NCBI GenBank assembly: GCA_965277715.1
Contig: OZ255836.1
Coordinates: forward strand, 3,424,001 to 3,488,000
DNA from: Gammaproteobacteria bacterium
GTDB lineage: Bacteria; Pseudomonadota; Gammaproteobacteria; JBCCGL01
Direction: 5' to 3'
DNA length: 64,000 bases
Part shown: piece by piece, positions 50,169 to 60,292 of the stretch
How positions within the stretch are numbered: the first letter of the stretch is position 1
How the letters are laid out: each line of letters opens with the position of its first letter
The notes under the pieces: generated by a model
The model's database searches: none
Seen by the model: the letters and a program-made list of their open reading frames with translations, nothing else
What the model was told of the DNA's origin: nothing
Program-made: the position numbers and the translations under genes

Positions 50169-52331
50169 GTGGAAACGGTTACTGAACCTCCGAAGCCGAC
50201 TGATTATGTCGATAAATTTACTATCGACAAGCTGTGTGATTTTCTCGATGGCCGCATCCCCAATGACGAAATTCAGGTTGTTAACCGCGCCTATCAGTTA
50301 GCGAATCGCGCCCACCAGGGCCAAACCCGCCGCTCTGGCGAACCCTATATCTTTCACCCGCTGGCGGTGGCCAAGACGGTCGCCGAGATGAACATGGACT
50401 ACCGCAGTATCGCTGCGGCTATTCTGCACGATGTCCTCGAAGATACCCCCATTAACCGTGATGAACTCGCCGTAGAGCTGGACCAGGAGATCGCTGTTCT
50501 GGTTGACGGGCTCAGCAAGATGACCCACCTCACATTTGAATCACGTGCTGAGGCGCAGGCGGCCAACTTTCGCAAAATGTTGCTGGCGATTGTCGATGAT
50601 ATTCGTGTGGTGCTGATTAAACTGGCGGATCGCCTGCACAATATGCAAACGCTGGCGGCAATGTCTCAGGAAAAACAGCGGCGCATCGCCCGCGAAACAC
50701 TGGATATCTACGCGCCCATCGCCAACCGGCTGGGCATTAAACAAATCAAAAACCAGCTTGAAGACCTCGGCTTTAAAGCCTTGTACCCGGCGCGCTACCG
50801 GGTGCTCGGTGAGGCTGTACAAAAAGCGCGGGGCAACCGCAAGGAACTGGTGCAGAAAATCGAACAGCAAATTAAATCCCACCTTGAGGCGTATGGTATC
50901 GAAGGCCAGGTTAACGGGCGTGAAAAGCATTTGTATAGCCTGTATCAGAAAATGAAGGACAAGCAGCTATCGTTTCAGGAAGTGTTTGATATGTTTGCTG
51001 TGCGTGTGGTGGTCGACAATGTCGATGCGTGCTATACCGCGCTGGGCAAGCTGCACGCGCTCTACAAACCTATTCCAGGGCACTTTAAAGATTATATTGC
51101 GATTCCCAAGGCCAACGGCTATCAGTCTTTACACACGGTGTTGTTTACGCGCCACGGCATCCCCATCGAGATACAGATTCGTTCAGATGAAATGGATCGT
51201 TTCGCTGAATCGGGTATTGCCGCGCACTGGATTTATAAAACCGGCGAGGGTAATAGTGCACAGACGCGTGCGCGCCAGTGGCTGTCGACGCTGGTCGATA
51301 TGGGGCAGTCGGCGGGTAACTCACAGGAGTTTTTGGAAAACGTCAAAGTGGATCTGTTTCCCGATGAGATCTATGTGTTTTCACCCAAGGGGGATATTTT
51401 CCAATTGCCCGCCGAGTCGACAGTGGTGGATTTTGCCTATGCGATTCACTCAGGGGTGGGCAATACCTGTGTGACTGCCAAGGTGGACCGTCGCCTGGCG
51501 TCACTGAGTACCGCGCTGCGCTCAGGTCAAACGGTGGAGATAATTACCTCACCAAAAGCCCAGCCCAGCCCGCTGTGGCTCAATTTTGTGGTCACGGCCA
51601 AGGCGCGCACGGCGATTCGCAGCAACCTGAAAAAACTCGAAAACACCGAGGCGAGCAAATTTGGCCGGCGCTTGATCAACCGCGCACTCAGCCGCTATTC
51701 GCGTACGCTCGGTGATATTGATGAGCCCAGGGTCAGCGCGCTGATAAAAGAATTTGGCTTTAACAGCCGCGAGGAATTATTTACCGATGTGGGGCTGGGC
51801 AACCGTCTGCCGAGCCTGATTGCCAAGCGTTTGACCGCCAGAGAAGGCGACGATGGCAGCGGTGAAGCCATGGCAAAAATTGACCTCGGACCACTGTCTA
51901 TCGAGGGTAACGAAGAGGCGCTGGTGTCTCTGGCGCGTTGTTGCCTGCCGATTCCCGGTGACCATATCCAGGGGTTTTTGACCTCGGGCAAGGGCGTTGT
52001 CGTGCACCGTGCGGGCTGTCGCAATGTGGGCAGCTACCGGCGGCGCCCAAGCGAGTGGGTGCCAGTGGAGTGGTCGGCTGACTACAGTGGTTTATACCCG
52101 GCCAATACCGTCATTGAAATGCGCAATAAGCCCGGCGCGTTAGCGCGGGTGACGACCACACTCGCACAAATGAACACCAATATCGACAATATGCGCTTTG
52201 AAACCACGGGCGAATCTTTAACCCGTATTGTGTTTACCCTGAATGTGCGTGATCGCAAGCACATGGCACGGGTCATTCGCCGTTTGCGCAATCTGTCCAT
52301 TGTCGAGCGGATTAAACGCGAAAGCCGTTAG
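50169..52331 (+). CDS. spoT: bifunctional (p)ppGpp synthetase/hydrolase
   Basis: [45 protein letters not shown]. Confidence 0.96.
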   Translation: METVTEPPKPTDYVDKFTIDKLCDFLDGRIPNDEIQVVNRAYQLANRAHQGQTRRSGEPYIFHPLAVAKTVAEMNMDYRSIAAAILHDVLEDTPINRDELAVELDQEIAVLVDGLSKMTHLTFESRAEAQAANFRKMLLAIVDDIRVVLIKLADRLHNMQTLAAMSQEKQRRIARETLDIYAPIANRLGIKQIKNQLEDLGFKALYPARYRVLGEAVQKARGNRKELVQKIEQQIKSHLEAYGIEGQVNGREKHLYSLYQKMKDKQLSFQEVFDMFAVRVVVDNVDACYTALGKLHALYKPIPGHFKDYIAIPKANGYQSLHTVLFTRHGIPIEIQIRSDEMDRFAESGIAAHWIYKTGEGNSAQTRARQWLSTLVDMGQSAGNSQEFLENVKVDLFPDEIYVFSPKGDIFQLPAESTVVDFAYAIHSGVGNTCVTAKVDRRLASLSTALRSGQTVEIITSPKAQPSPLWLNFVVTAKARTAIRSNLKKLENTEASKFGRRLINRALSRYSRTLGDIDEPRVSALIKEFGFNSREELFTDVGLGNRLPSLIAKRLTAREGDDGSGEAMAKIDLGPLSIEGNEEALVSLARCCLPIPGDHIQGFLTSGKGVVVHRAGCRNVGSYRRRPSEWVPVEWSADYSGLYPANTVIEMRNKPGALARVTTTLAQMNTNIDNMRFETTGESLTRIVFTLNVRDRKHMARVIRRLRNLSIVERIKRESR

Positions 52332-52420
52332 GAACCGCGCTCAACTATCTGGGTGGCACTGCTTCTCACACGCCCCCCGCTTGGTATACTCCCTTTTTTT
52401 CAGCGATGCCAGGAACCACC

Positions 52421-52807
52421 ATGTCCAGACAAATTATCTCCACCGACCAGGCACCCGATGCCATTGGCACCTACTCGCAAGCCGTGAAAAGCGGTAACAC
52501 GGTATATATCTCCGGCCAGATTCCACTCGACCCCCAGACCATGCAAGTGGTCGATGGCGATATTGAAGCGATGATCCGCCGTGTGTTTGATAGCCTCAAA
52601 GCCATCTGTGAAGCCTCGGGTGGCAGCCTGGTGCACATTGTCAAACTGACCATCTACCTCACCGACCTGGGGAATTTTCCCAAGGTGAACGAAGTGATGG
52701 CCGAATATTTTCAGCCACCCTACCCCGCCCGTGCAGCGGTGGGGGTGGCGGCATTACCTAAAGGTGTGGCGGTGGAGATGGACGCGATAATGACCCTGGG
52801 TGATTAA
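52421..52807 (+). CDS. ridA: RidA family deaminase
   Basis: [28 protein letters not shown]. Confidence 0.9.
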   Translation: MSRQIISTDQAPDAIGTYSQAVKSGNTVYISGQIPLDPQTMQVVDGDIEAMIRRVFDSLKAICEASGGSLVHIVKLTIYLTDLGNFPKVNEVMAEYFQPPYPARAAVGVAALPKGVAVEMDAIMTLGD

Positions 52808-52854
52808 GACCTGGGTGATTAAAACCAGAATGACGAAAACCTAGGTGACCGAAT
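52795..52854 (+). repeat. 4 x 15-bp degenerate tandem repeat at ridA stop
   Basis: CCTGGGTGATTAAGA / CCTGGGTGATTAAAA / CCAGAATGACGAAAA / CCTAGGTGACCGAAT. Confidence 0.6.
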
Positions 52855-52870
52855 CTGAGTGTAACCAAGC

Positions 52871-54976
52871 ATGCAAACCGACGATAAGGAAAGTGGTTCA
52901 CAGCCAGTAGAGTCGCTCATTGGGGTCGGGGCAAAGCTGGCTGAGAAGCTGGCGCGTATCCACGTTACAACCGTACAGGACTTACTGTTCCACCTGCCAC
53001 TGCGCTACCAGGATCGCACTACGGTTACCCCCATTGGCGCGTTGCGGGTTGGTGGCTTTGCCCTGGTGGAGGGTGAAATCGAGTTAACCGAGGTCGTGTT
53101 CCGTGGTCGCCGCTCGCTACTGTGCCGCATCGGTGATGGCAGTGGTGGCCTGTTGTTGCGCTTTTTTCATTTCAGTAGCGCCCAGCAACAGGCGTTGCGC
53201 CGGGGGGCGCGTCTGCGTTGCCATGGTGAGGTGCGACGTGGGCCAAATTCACTGGAAATGGTACACCCGGAATACACCCTAATCGGGGAATCGCCGCCGC
53301 CGCTGGACAATTGCCTGACCCCGATCTACCCCACTGTCACCGGGATTCACCAGGCCACCTGGCGCAAACTCACCGGGCAGGCACTCGATGGGTTAGATCA
53401 ACTGGCCACGCTCACCGACCTGCTGCCGCCGTCGTTAATGGCGTCCACCGGGCTTGGCGATCTACACACAGCGATACGCTTTGTGCACCGCCCGCCTGCG
53501 GGCACGGCTTTGCTGGCATTACAGGATGGGCGGCACCCGGCGGTGGGGCGGTTGGCATTTGAGGAACTGCTGGCCTACCGCCTGGCACTGCTGGGTATTC
53601 GCGATGATGTACAGCGGGTGGCTGCGCCGCAATTAACACCAGACAAAGCACAGTTTAAAACCCTGTGCGCACAATTTGGGTTTACCCTGACGGGTGCGCA
53701 ACAGCGCGTCATCCGTGAAGTTGCTAAAGACCTCAACAGTCGCGTGCCTATGCTGCGCCTGGTGCAGGGTGATGTCGGGGCCGGTAAAACGGTGGTGGCG
53801 GCGGCGGCGGCGGCTACCGCTGTCGCCAATGGTTACCAGGTGGCCTTTATGGCGCCCACAGAAATCCTCGCGGAGCAGCACCGCATCAACTTCAACCGCT
53901 GGTTTGAGCCGATGGGTATCCGCGTCGGCTGGCTTACCGGCAAGCTAAGTGGCCGTAAGCGCCGCGAGGCACTGCAGGGGCTGGCCGATGGCAGCACGCA
54001 GATCGTGCTCGGCACCCACGCCCTGGTACAGGATGCCATTGTGTTCCAGGCATTGGGCCTGAGCATTATCGACGAACAACACCGTTTTGGTGTGGATCAA
54101 CGTATGTCGCTGCGTGACAAAGGGCGTGTGGCACTGGGTCAACACAGCGAGTCGAGACCCCACCAGCTCACCCTATCGGCGACCCCGATACCGCGCACCC
54201 TGGCGATGACCGCCTACGCCGACCTCGATTGCTCCGTGCTGGATGAGCTGCCCCCTGGGCGGGTGCCCGTGACGACAGTGGCGATGCCCAATACACGTCG
54301 GGATGAAATCATTGGCCGCGTGGGTGGTGTGATTGCCCAAAACCGGCAGGTGTACTGGGTGTGTACCCTGATCGATGAATCTGAAACACTTCAGTGCCAA
54401 ACGGCGGAAGACACCGCTGAATACTTATCCAGTGCCCTGCCCGGCTGCCGGGTGGCGCTGTTGCATGGGCGCATGAAAGCGGATCAAAAAGAGGGGATTA
54501 TGCGCACCTTTAAGGCGGGTGAAATCGATCTATTGGTCGCTACCACGGTGATTGAAGTGGGAGTGGATGTCGCCAATGCCAGCTTGATGATCATCGAAAA
54601 CGCCGAGCGGTTGGGGTTGTCCCAACTTCACCAACTGCGCGGGCGCATTGGTCGGGGGAATGCAGGCGGTGCCTGCGTGTTGCTGTACCAAAAACCGCTG
54701 TCAAATAATGCCCGCGAGCGCATCGCCACCCTGCGCGAAACCACCGATGGATTTGTCATTGCCGAGCGCGATTTGGCATTGCGCGGTGCAGGGGAGGTGC
54801 TGGGCACCCAGCAGGCGGGCGAGGCACAGTTTCGCATTGCCGACCTGGCCCGCGATGACGATATGCTCGACCAGGTTAAAGTCGCTGCCGATTACCTTCA
54901 GCGCGAGACACCAGAAGTCATTGCCCGTTTGATTAAGCGCTGGCGTGGGGAATTGCCTGAATACCGGAATATTTAG
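52871..54976 (+). CDS. recG: ATP-dependent DNA helicase RecG
   Basis: QGDVGAGKT, DEQHRFG, SATPIPRT, QLRGR.GR. Confidence 0.97.
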   Translation: MQTDDKESGSQPVESLIGVGAKLAEKLARIHVTTVQDLLFHLPLRYQDRTTVTPIGALRVGGFALVEGEIELTEVVFRGRRSLLCRIGDGSGGLLLRFFHFSSAQQQALRRGARLRCHGEVRRGPNSLEMVHPEYTLIGESPPPLDNCLTPIYPTVTGIHQATWRKLTGQALDGLDQLATLTDLLPPSLMASTGLGDLHTAIRFVHRPPAGTALLALQDGRHPAVGRLAFEELLAYRLALLGIRDDVQRVAAPQLTPDKAQFKTLCAQFGFTLTGAQQRVIREVAKDLNSRVPMLRLVQGDVGAGKTVVAAAAAATAVANGYQVAFMAPTEILAEQHRINFNRWFEPMGIRVGWLTGKLSGRKRREALQGLADGSTQIVLGTHALVQDAIVFQALGLSIIDEQHRFGVDQRMSLRDKGRVALGQHSESRPHQLTLSATPIPRTLAMTAYADLDCSVLDELPPGRVPVTTVAMPNTRRDEIIGRVGGVIAQNRQVYWVCTLIDESETLQCQTAEDTAEYLSSALPGCRVALLHGRMKADQKEGIMRTFKAGEIDLLVATTVIEVGVDVANASLMIIENAERLGLSQLHQLRGRIGRGNAGGACVLLYQKPLSNNARERIATLRETTDGFVIAERDLALRGAGEVLGTQQAGEAQFRIADLARDDDMLDQVKVAADYLQRETPEVIARLIKRWRGELPEYRNI

Positions 54977-55124
54977 GCCAGTGTGTCAGCACCGTGATAA
55001 CGCGTGTGAATATTGACGCCACACAACTGCCTGGGCAAGCGCACAGGCGAGGCAGAGACTGACGGATTAGCCGGTGGGTAGTACGGCAACCATTGTGGTG
55101 GTGGCAAGTGCGAAATAAAACGGT

Positions 55125-55454
55125 CTAATTCATTATTGCCTCGTAATAACGACCGTCTTCGTTCTCACCGATTGGCACCATAAACAAGCCTGAGATTTTG
55201 CCGATAGCTTCGTTTTCCATATGAAACATCTGCTGTACAAATGCCATATCAGCGGGGCCGCGAAACACCATGGAAAAAGGCTCTTCACGTATATTTATAT
55301 TTGCCGTTTTGAACAAATGCCCACCCTTTGGCCTTGTCGGTAATGCGTTCACCTCCAGCAAGACAAAATCCACTGTTTTGTTTTCCTCAACCTGAATTTT
55401 AAAAGGTTGGTTAAGTTGCTGAATGAAAGCCTCTTTTTCTATTTTATCGAGCAT
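55125..55454 (-). CDS. DUF6916-like protein (tail-collar-cluster associated)
   Basis: REEPFSMVFRGP...Q......G....LFMVPIG......YEAIMN. Confidence 0.7.
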   Translation of the reverse strand: MLDKIEKEAFIQQLNQPFKIQVEENKTVDFVLLEVNALPTRPKGGHLFKTANINIREEPFSMVFRGPADMAFVQQMFHMENEAIGKISGLFMVPIGENEDGRYYEAIMN

Positions 55455-56104
55455 AATTGTTTCTCATGTTTATCCAGATTCCGGGTCGTACTGGTGTCCC
55501 GTCTACCTTATATTGACGGGCTTGGCGTCGCAATCCTGCCATAGAATCACTATACCGCGCCAGTGCGCCCTGCTTTGGTGTCACAGCGCAATACTGAATC
55601 CACCAACACAAAATAGATAGCGTCTTAGTGTAGTGTCTTATGCCTGGGTGTGAAATTACGTCACGCATCTTGTGTAATGCACATCTGTCTTTACACAAGG
55701 AATAAACGCTAATTTTTTGATGAATATATACTTTTCTTATGAGTAATTTAGTTCAGGACACTGCGCCAGAATATTTTTTCAAAATAAACCTTGATTTAAG
55801 CAAAATATGTACTAAAAGTATTCTCAATGGCTTGAACGAGCGCGCTTGTGAATCATTTTTCGCTGAGGAGTAATCGTTGTTCTATTGCGGTGGATTGCAG
55901 CGCAATCATCGTGGTGGACGTTTTAAATAATTACGGTGAAAGTATATTGAAAAAATTTAAAATTAATATGGAATTTTAAATTTAGATGGCCTATAAAATA
56001 TCAGTATAAGCTTCAAACTAAATTATAAATAAGGCAACAGGTGTTCTTTTAGGCACTATCGTCATTGCATAAACGTTTCTCATTCCTAACAAGTGGGGTG
56101 TATT

Positions 56105-56650
56105 TTGTCAGAACCATTTTTAGCCGAAATCATTATGACAGGCGCAGACTTTGCCCCGGCAGGCTGGGCATTTTGCGACGGACAAATTTTGCCTGTTGAT
56201 CAGAACCCGCGTTTATTTACTGTATTGAAGAGTACCTACGGTGGTGATGGTCGAACCACTTTCGCCTTGCCGGATTTACGGGGTAGAACACCGGTTCATG
56301 TGAATCAAACAAGTCAGGGTGCAATTTGGGCTCCTGCTGGGGTCAAAGGCGGTTATGAAAAGGTTCCAATCCATCCAGATGAGATGCCGATGCATAACCA
56401 CACTGTGGTTGCGACCGATAGTGCTTCGACCTCGGCTGACGGTACAGGTAACATTTTTTCTCAGGCAAGTGCGGCAATCGGTGGCAGCAACCCCATACCA
56501 CTTTACGGCTATCCAGGTGCACCGGTGGTGATGAATCCACAGGTAATGGGTAATGCAGGTAGTGGCGTGGCCCATGAAAATATGCAGCCTTTTCTTGTAG
56601 TGAATTTTATTATTTCACTGCAAGGCCCGATTCCTTTTCCTCCTTCTTAA
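56105..56650 (+). CDS. phage tail-collar domain protein (microcystin-dependent MdpB-like) 1
   Basis: SEPFLAEI, FAP.GWAFCDGQ, YGGDGRTTFALPDLRGR, HENMQP.L.VNFIISLQG; TTG start. Confidence 0.9.
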   Translation: MSEPFLAEIIMTGADFAPAGWAFCDGQILPVDQNPRLFTVLKSTYGGDGRTTFALPDLRGRTPVHVNQTSQGAIWAPAGVKGGYEKVPIHPDEMPMHNHTVVATDSASTSADGTGNIFSQASAAIGGSNPIPLYGYPGAPVVMNPQVMGNAGSGVAHENMQPFLVVNFIISLQGPIPFPPS

Positions 56651-56670
56651 ACTAATTGGGGATATTCCTT

Positions 56671-57198
56671 ATGTCAGAACCGTTTATCGGGGAAATTACC
56701 ATGTTTGCTGGAAACTTTGCGCCCAAAAATTGGGCCTTCTGTGACGGGCAGGTGCTGGAAATTTCACAAAACAGACCGTTATACGACTTATTTGGTTCTA
56801 ATTATGGCGGTGATGGGCGCACTACTTTCGGGTTGCCGGATATGCGTGGTCGGGTTCCTCTCGGTGCGGGTAGTGGCCCTGGGCTGTCTAACCGGACACT
56901 GGGACAAACAGGTGGTTTGGAATACGTTGTTCTTAGCGAGGAGAATTTACCTGTTCATACTCACTCGGTGAATGCCGAGGATAATCCTGGCATCGAAAAC
57001 ACACCAGAGGGGCAATTATTGGCGGAGTTAAGTATTAATGACAGGGCTGTTTCAGCCTATGCCAATACAGGTAGCCGGACAATGAATAACCAGGCTGTTA
57101 CTGCCAGTGGGGGTAATAAACCCTATAGCAGTTTGATGCCATATTCTTGCATCAACTTCATTGTAGCCTTAGCTGGTGCCTTTCCGCCAAGAAACTAA
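56671..57198 (+). CDS. phage tail-collar domain protein 2
   Basis: MSEPFIGEI, NFAP.NWAFCDGQ, YGGDG.TTFGLPDMRGR. Confidence 0.9.
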   Translation: MSEPFIGEITMFAGNFAPKNWAFCDGQVLEISQNRPLYDLFGSNYGGDGRTTFGLPDMRGRVPLGAGSGPGLSNRTLGQTGGLEYVVLSEENLPVHTHSVNAEDNPGIENTPEGQLLAELSINDRAVSAYANTGSRTMNNQAVTASGGNKPYSSLMPYSCINFIVALAGAFPPRN

Positions 57199-57217
57199 CC
57201 CAACCGGGAGATTAGAT

Positions 57218-57718
57218 ATGTCAGAACCTTTTTTCGGTGAGATCAAATTGTTTGCAGGTAACTTTGCACCAGCTAACTGGGCTTTTTGCGATGGGCAATT
57301 GCTGTCAATATCACAAAATGCGACGCTGTTTCATGTTTTGGGAACGGTCTATGGCGGCGATGGCGTTTCGACTTTTGCGCTACCGGATATGCGTGGTCGG
57401 GCACCTATGCACCCCGGTACCGGTCCAGGACTTTCTCCAAGGTCTTTAGGAGAAAAAGGGGGGCAGCCGTACGTAACATTGACTATAGCGGAAATGCCAT
57501 CACATAATCACTCTCTGATAGCGGGTTCAACCAATGACAGCGAAGAGCCTCAAAACCGCTTCCCAGGCGCACGACCCATCTACGCAGATATGGCTAACAC
57601 GGTAAATATGAATGCGAGCATGGTATCTATGACCGGGGGAAACACCGGCCACATAAATGCGCACCCCTTTCTTGGCATTCCATTTATTATAGCGCTTCAG
57701 GGGATTTTTCCTTCGTAG
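57218..57718 (+). CDS. phage tail-collar domain protein 3
   Basis: MSEPFFGEI, NFAP.NWAFCDGQ, YGGDG.STFALPDMRGR, FIIALQGIFP. Confidence 0.9.
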   Translation: MSEPFFGEIKLFAGNFAPANWAFCDGQLLSISQNATLFHVLGTVYGGDGVSTFALPDMRGRAPMHPGTGPGLSPRSLGEKGGQPYVTLTIAEMPSHNHSLIAGSTNDSEEPQNRFPGARPIYADMANTVNMNASMVSMTGGNTGHINAHPFLGIPFIIALQGIFPS

Positions 57719-57776
57719 CTGGAATGGTTCCACGGGCACACTAAGGTGCTGCTATTACCTTGAGGCACCTTATATA

Positions 57777-58835
57777 TTAATCAATTAAAAGTTGGGGGCG
57801 TGCCAGTAACGCGGAATAAAGTGGCCCAAGATCACCTTTTATTTGGGCTGTAAGTTTTGCTGGCGCACTTTGCTGTTTCTTCTGCCCATCGGGTAAAAAA
57901 ACTTTTTTGCCAAAGTCATGTTTTGAATATTGCTGAAACAGCGATTTAGCCGCAGCGGATTCAGCGGAGGTCAACTCAAGATTAAAAAATGTCAGAATTT
58001 CCGGCATTATATCTACCGTCAACTGGTCGTAATTTAAATAGCAGATGTCTTTTTTTTGACCAGCGGCAAGCGCCCTATTCATTAAATGGCCTATATACTC
58101 CTGTATGCGCTCAGAAACCGATAACCTGCTGACCGCATCAACGGATAATCCGGTATAGAAGGCGTGCATCTTACTATCATCGGATTTTATCCAATCGGTT
58201 TTTCCCCGTAAAAAAGATACCATTATTTCTACCGGGTCGCGATACAACAAAAGCGTGGGTATATTTGGAAAAGTGGTCAGTATGAAATCCAGAAAAACCA
58301 GGTTGAGCGAAGTAAATTTTATTATGTGGTTGCTGTAGTTGCCTGACCGGTTGCGTGCCATGCTCAAAATGAGCTGGCGATATCGGTGAATATTACGCTT
58401 TGTCGCGACTGGTGCCTGGCGCTTAGGGTAGCTCAGCAGATGGCAGATAGCATTGTGAGATGCAGCTTCACCAAATACCAGGGTTTTGCGTGAGCGGGAC
58501 AAGGCCTTGGCTAATAGGGTAGAACCACAACGCCCGATATGAAAAATAAATCCGCTGGGTTGAATCATACTACCCAAGTCCAAATGGTTGTCCAAAACGG
58601 CGATACTCGTTACAAAATATTCGACGGCAACCCCTTTGCTTTGTTGTAACCCGGTGTAAGTGCGAATGGAATTTTTGAAAAAACCTTCGTAAAAGTGATA
58701 GCGACCAAAGTCAAACCAGTACAATTGTTGCTGTTTGATGTTGATATCTACCGGGATCAATCCCGGCGATTGTTGTATTTTATGTTGGAGCTGCGCTGCA
58801 CTTAGGGGGATAACGATGGGATCGCTGGTAGGCAT
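57777..58835 (-). CDS. sulfotransferase-family protein
   Basis: FIFHIGRCGSTLL (5'-PSB), LYRDP.E..VS (3'-PB). Confidence 0.8.
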   Translation of the reverse strand: MPTSDPIVIPLSAAQLQHKIQQSPGLIPVDINIKQQQLYWFDFGRYHFYEGFFKNSIRTYTGLQQSKGVAVEYFVTSIAVLDNHLDLGSMIQPSGFIFHIGRCGSTLLAKALSRSRKTLVFGEAASHNAICHLLSYPKRQAPVATKRNIHRYRQLILSMARNRSGNYSNHIIKFTSLNLVFLDFILTTFPNIPTLLLYRDPVEIMVSFLRGKTDWIKSDDSKMHAFYTGLSVDAVSRLSVSERIQEYIGHLMNRALAAGQKKDICYLNYDQLTVDIMPEILTFFNLELTSAESAAAKSLFQQYSKHDFGKKVFLPDGQKKQQSAPAKLTAQIKGDLGPLYSALLARPQLLID

Positions 58836-58841
58836 CGTGAT

Positions 58842-60023
58842 TTACTTGCTGAGGCGGTGTATCAGGCTTTTGTCCAGACGCAGAAAACCGGCTTTAACCC
58901 ACTCCTTGATCAAATCAATTTTTCCGCTTTCAGTAATCAGGCCGGTGATGTCTTTCACGGCAAAAGATTCATTACCCAATAATATCGTGAGGTTTTGCCG
59001 CAACCACAGTGGCAGGCTAAGTTGCTTTCCGTGGAATCGAATCAGCAGTTCTTTTGATGTTTCCTCCACCCGATATAGTAATGCCTTTCTTTTGACTATA
59101 CGGGTATCGGCATTAATTTCCGGTAACATCAATAGGTCTGCGAAGCGTTGCTCATTAACGGCTAATTGTTGATCGACGAAATTTTCATCCACTCTGTGTA
59201 AAAGAATTTCCGGGCCTGTTTTTTGTAGAAGTTGCGCAATGTGTTCGGAAAATGCGGTTATAAACTGAGCCTTTTCTTTGTCACTGGAATAACCATGGGG
59301 CAGGTCTTGTTGGAAAGCCGGATCGCCTGCGGCCAATGCCGCCAATTGTTCCAGTAGATGGTGCGCGCTCTTGGGCCTGAACCCCAGGGTTACGTGGATG
59401 GAGTAGTCATCCAGGGTAAACGCCTGATGTTTAAACCCTTTGGGTAAATACAGTAAATCCCCCGATTGCAATATAAGCTGTTTCGATGTACAGGTGGTTT
59501 CGGGGTTCGGTTGAAAGCGCCAGTTTTTGCTGCCATGAAGTTGCATCACAATAATGTCGTGGTCGTCGGTGTGTATCGGCAGCGCTTGTGCCTGAGGTGG
59601 GGTGATGTAAATATTTGCCTGCACCTGAAACCTGAGCTCCCGCTCTAGCGCACTGCAATAGGCGGTCAGCTTTGGTAGCGTCTTGTGTGCGGCATTGATA
59701 ACGATAGAGCCGCCACCTGCGAAGAGGCGAAACAAAGCATCGATATCAACGACGGTAATATGGCTGTAAGGGCTGAAACGCCCCTTGCGGGACCAGGTAT
59801 CCTGTGGGTATGGTGTGCCAGCGTTTCCCACTTTCAGCGCGCCGGCGGGTAGTTGCCGGTTTTGAAAATAAGCATCCAGATCGGCCAAACTGACAATACC
59901 GTCGTAAAACGCGTCAAGCCCGCGCTCTATATGCAGAGGGGTCTGTCGCCAAAATTCCTGGAAAAACCGGCCCGCTTCTACCGGGTGTAATATGTTGTTA
60001 AATTCGGCCTGCATTAGTGTCAC
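58842..60023 (-). CDS. JmjC/cupin 2OG-Fe(II) oxygenase (YcfD/NO66-like)
   Basis: F..EFW...PL, ANIYITP, HTDDHD, GSK.W, GDLLYLPKG..H.A, SIHVTLG. Confidence 0.88.
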   Translation of the reverse strand: MTLMQAEFNNILHPVEAGRFFQEFWRQTPLHIERGLDAFYDGIVSLADLDAYFQNRQLPAGALKVGNAGTPYPQDTWSRKGRFSPYSHITVVDIDALFRLFAGGGSIVINAAHKTLPKLTAYCSALERELRFQVQANIYITPPQAQALPIHTDDHDIIVMQLHGSKNWRFQPNPETTCTSKQLILQSGDLLYLPKGFKHQAFTLDDYSIHVTLGFRPKSAHHLLEQLAALAAGDPAFQQDLPHGYSSDKEKAQFITAFSEHIAQLLQKTGPEILLHRVDENFVDQQLAVNEQRFADLLMLPEINADTRIVKRKALLYRVEETSKELLIRFHGKQLSLPLWLRQNLTILLGNESFAVKDITGLITESGKIDLIKEWVKAGFLRLDKSLIHRLSK

Positions 60024-60029
60024 TATGGT

Positions 60030-60292
60030 TTACCGTCGACCACTAAAATTTGAGGCGAACACTTGACTGATATCAGGTGACTGCGCCAAACCGCCAGTCC
60101 GCTGCAAGGAGGTAATATCGGAGTCAGGCATATCCGTAAGCCAGGATAACCAAAGGTTGCCGGTATCTGGTGTCAATACAAAAGCAATATGCCGACTCAT
60201 ATTTTTGCTATCCAATCGAACGCGAAATGCCCTCGGTATTTGGCGGTAGAGACATTAAGTAGGCTCCGCCTTTTCAGTTCCCGCGTGGTCAC
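60030..60292 (-). pseudogene. internally deleted HPr-kinase-like gene
   Basis: segments align to the N-region and C-terminal helix of the 39652 kinase; Walker A core is absent. Confidence 0.7.

Noticed and set aside
55470-55545. c-di-GMP-I (GEMM) riboswitch upstream of DUF6916
   Set aside because: GACGCCAAGC...GGTAGACGGG resembles P3, but no P2 with a GNRA loop is present; it would need an Infernal RF01051 hit.
56105-57718. Prophage or tailocin
   Set aside because: No capsid, terminase, sheath, tube, baseplate, integrase or lysis genes in the window.
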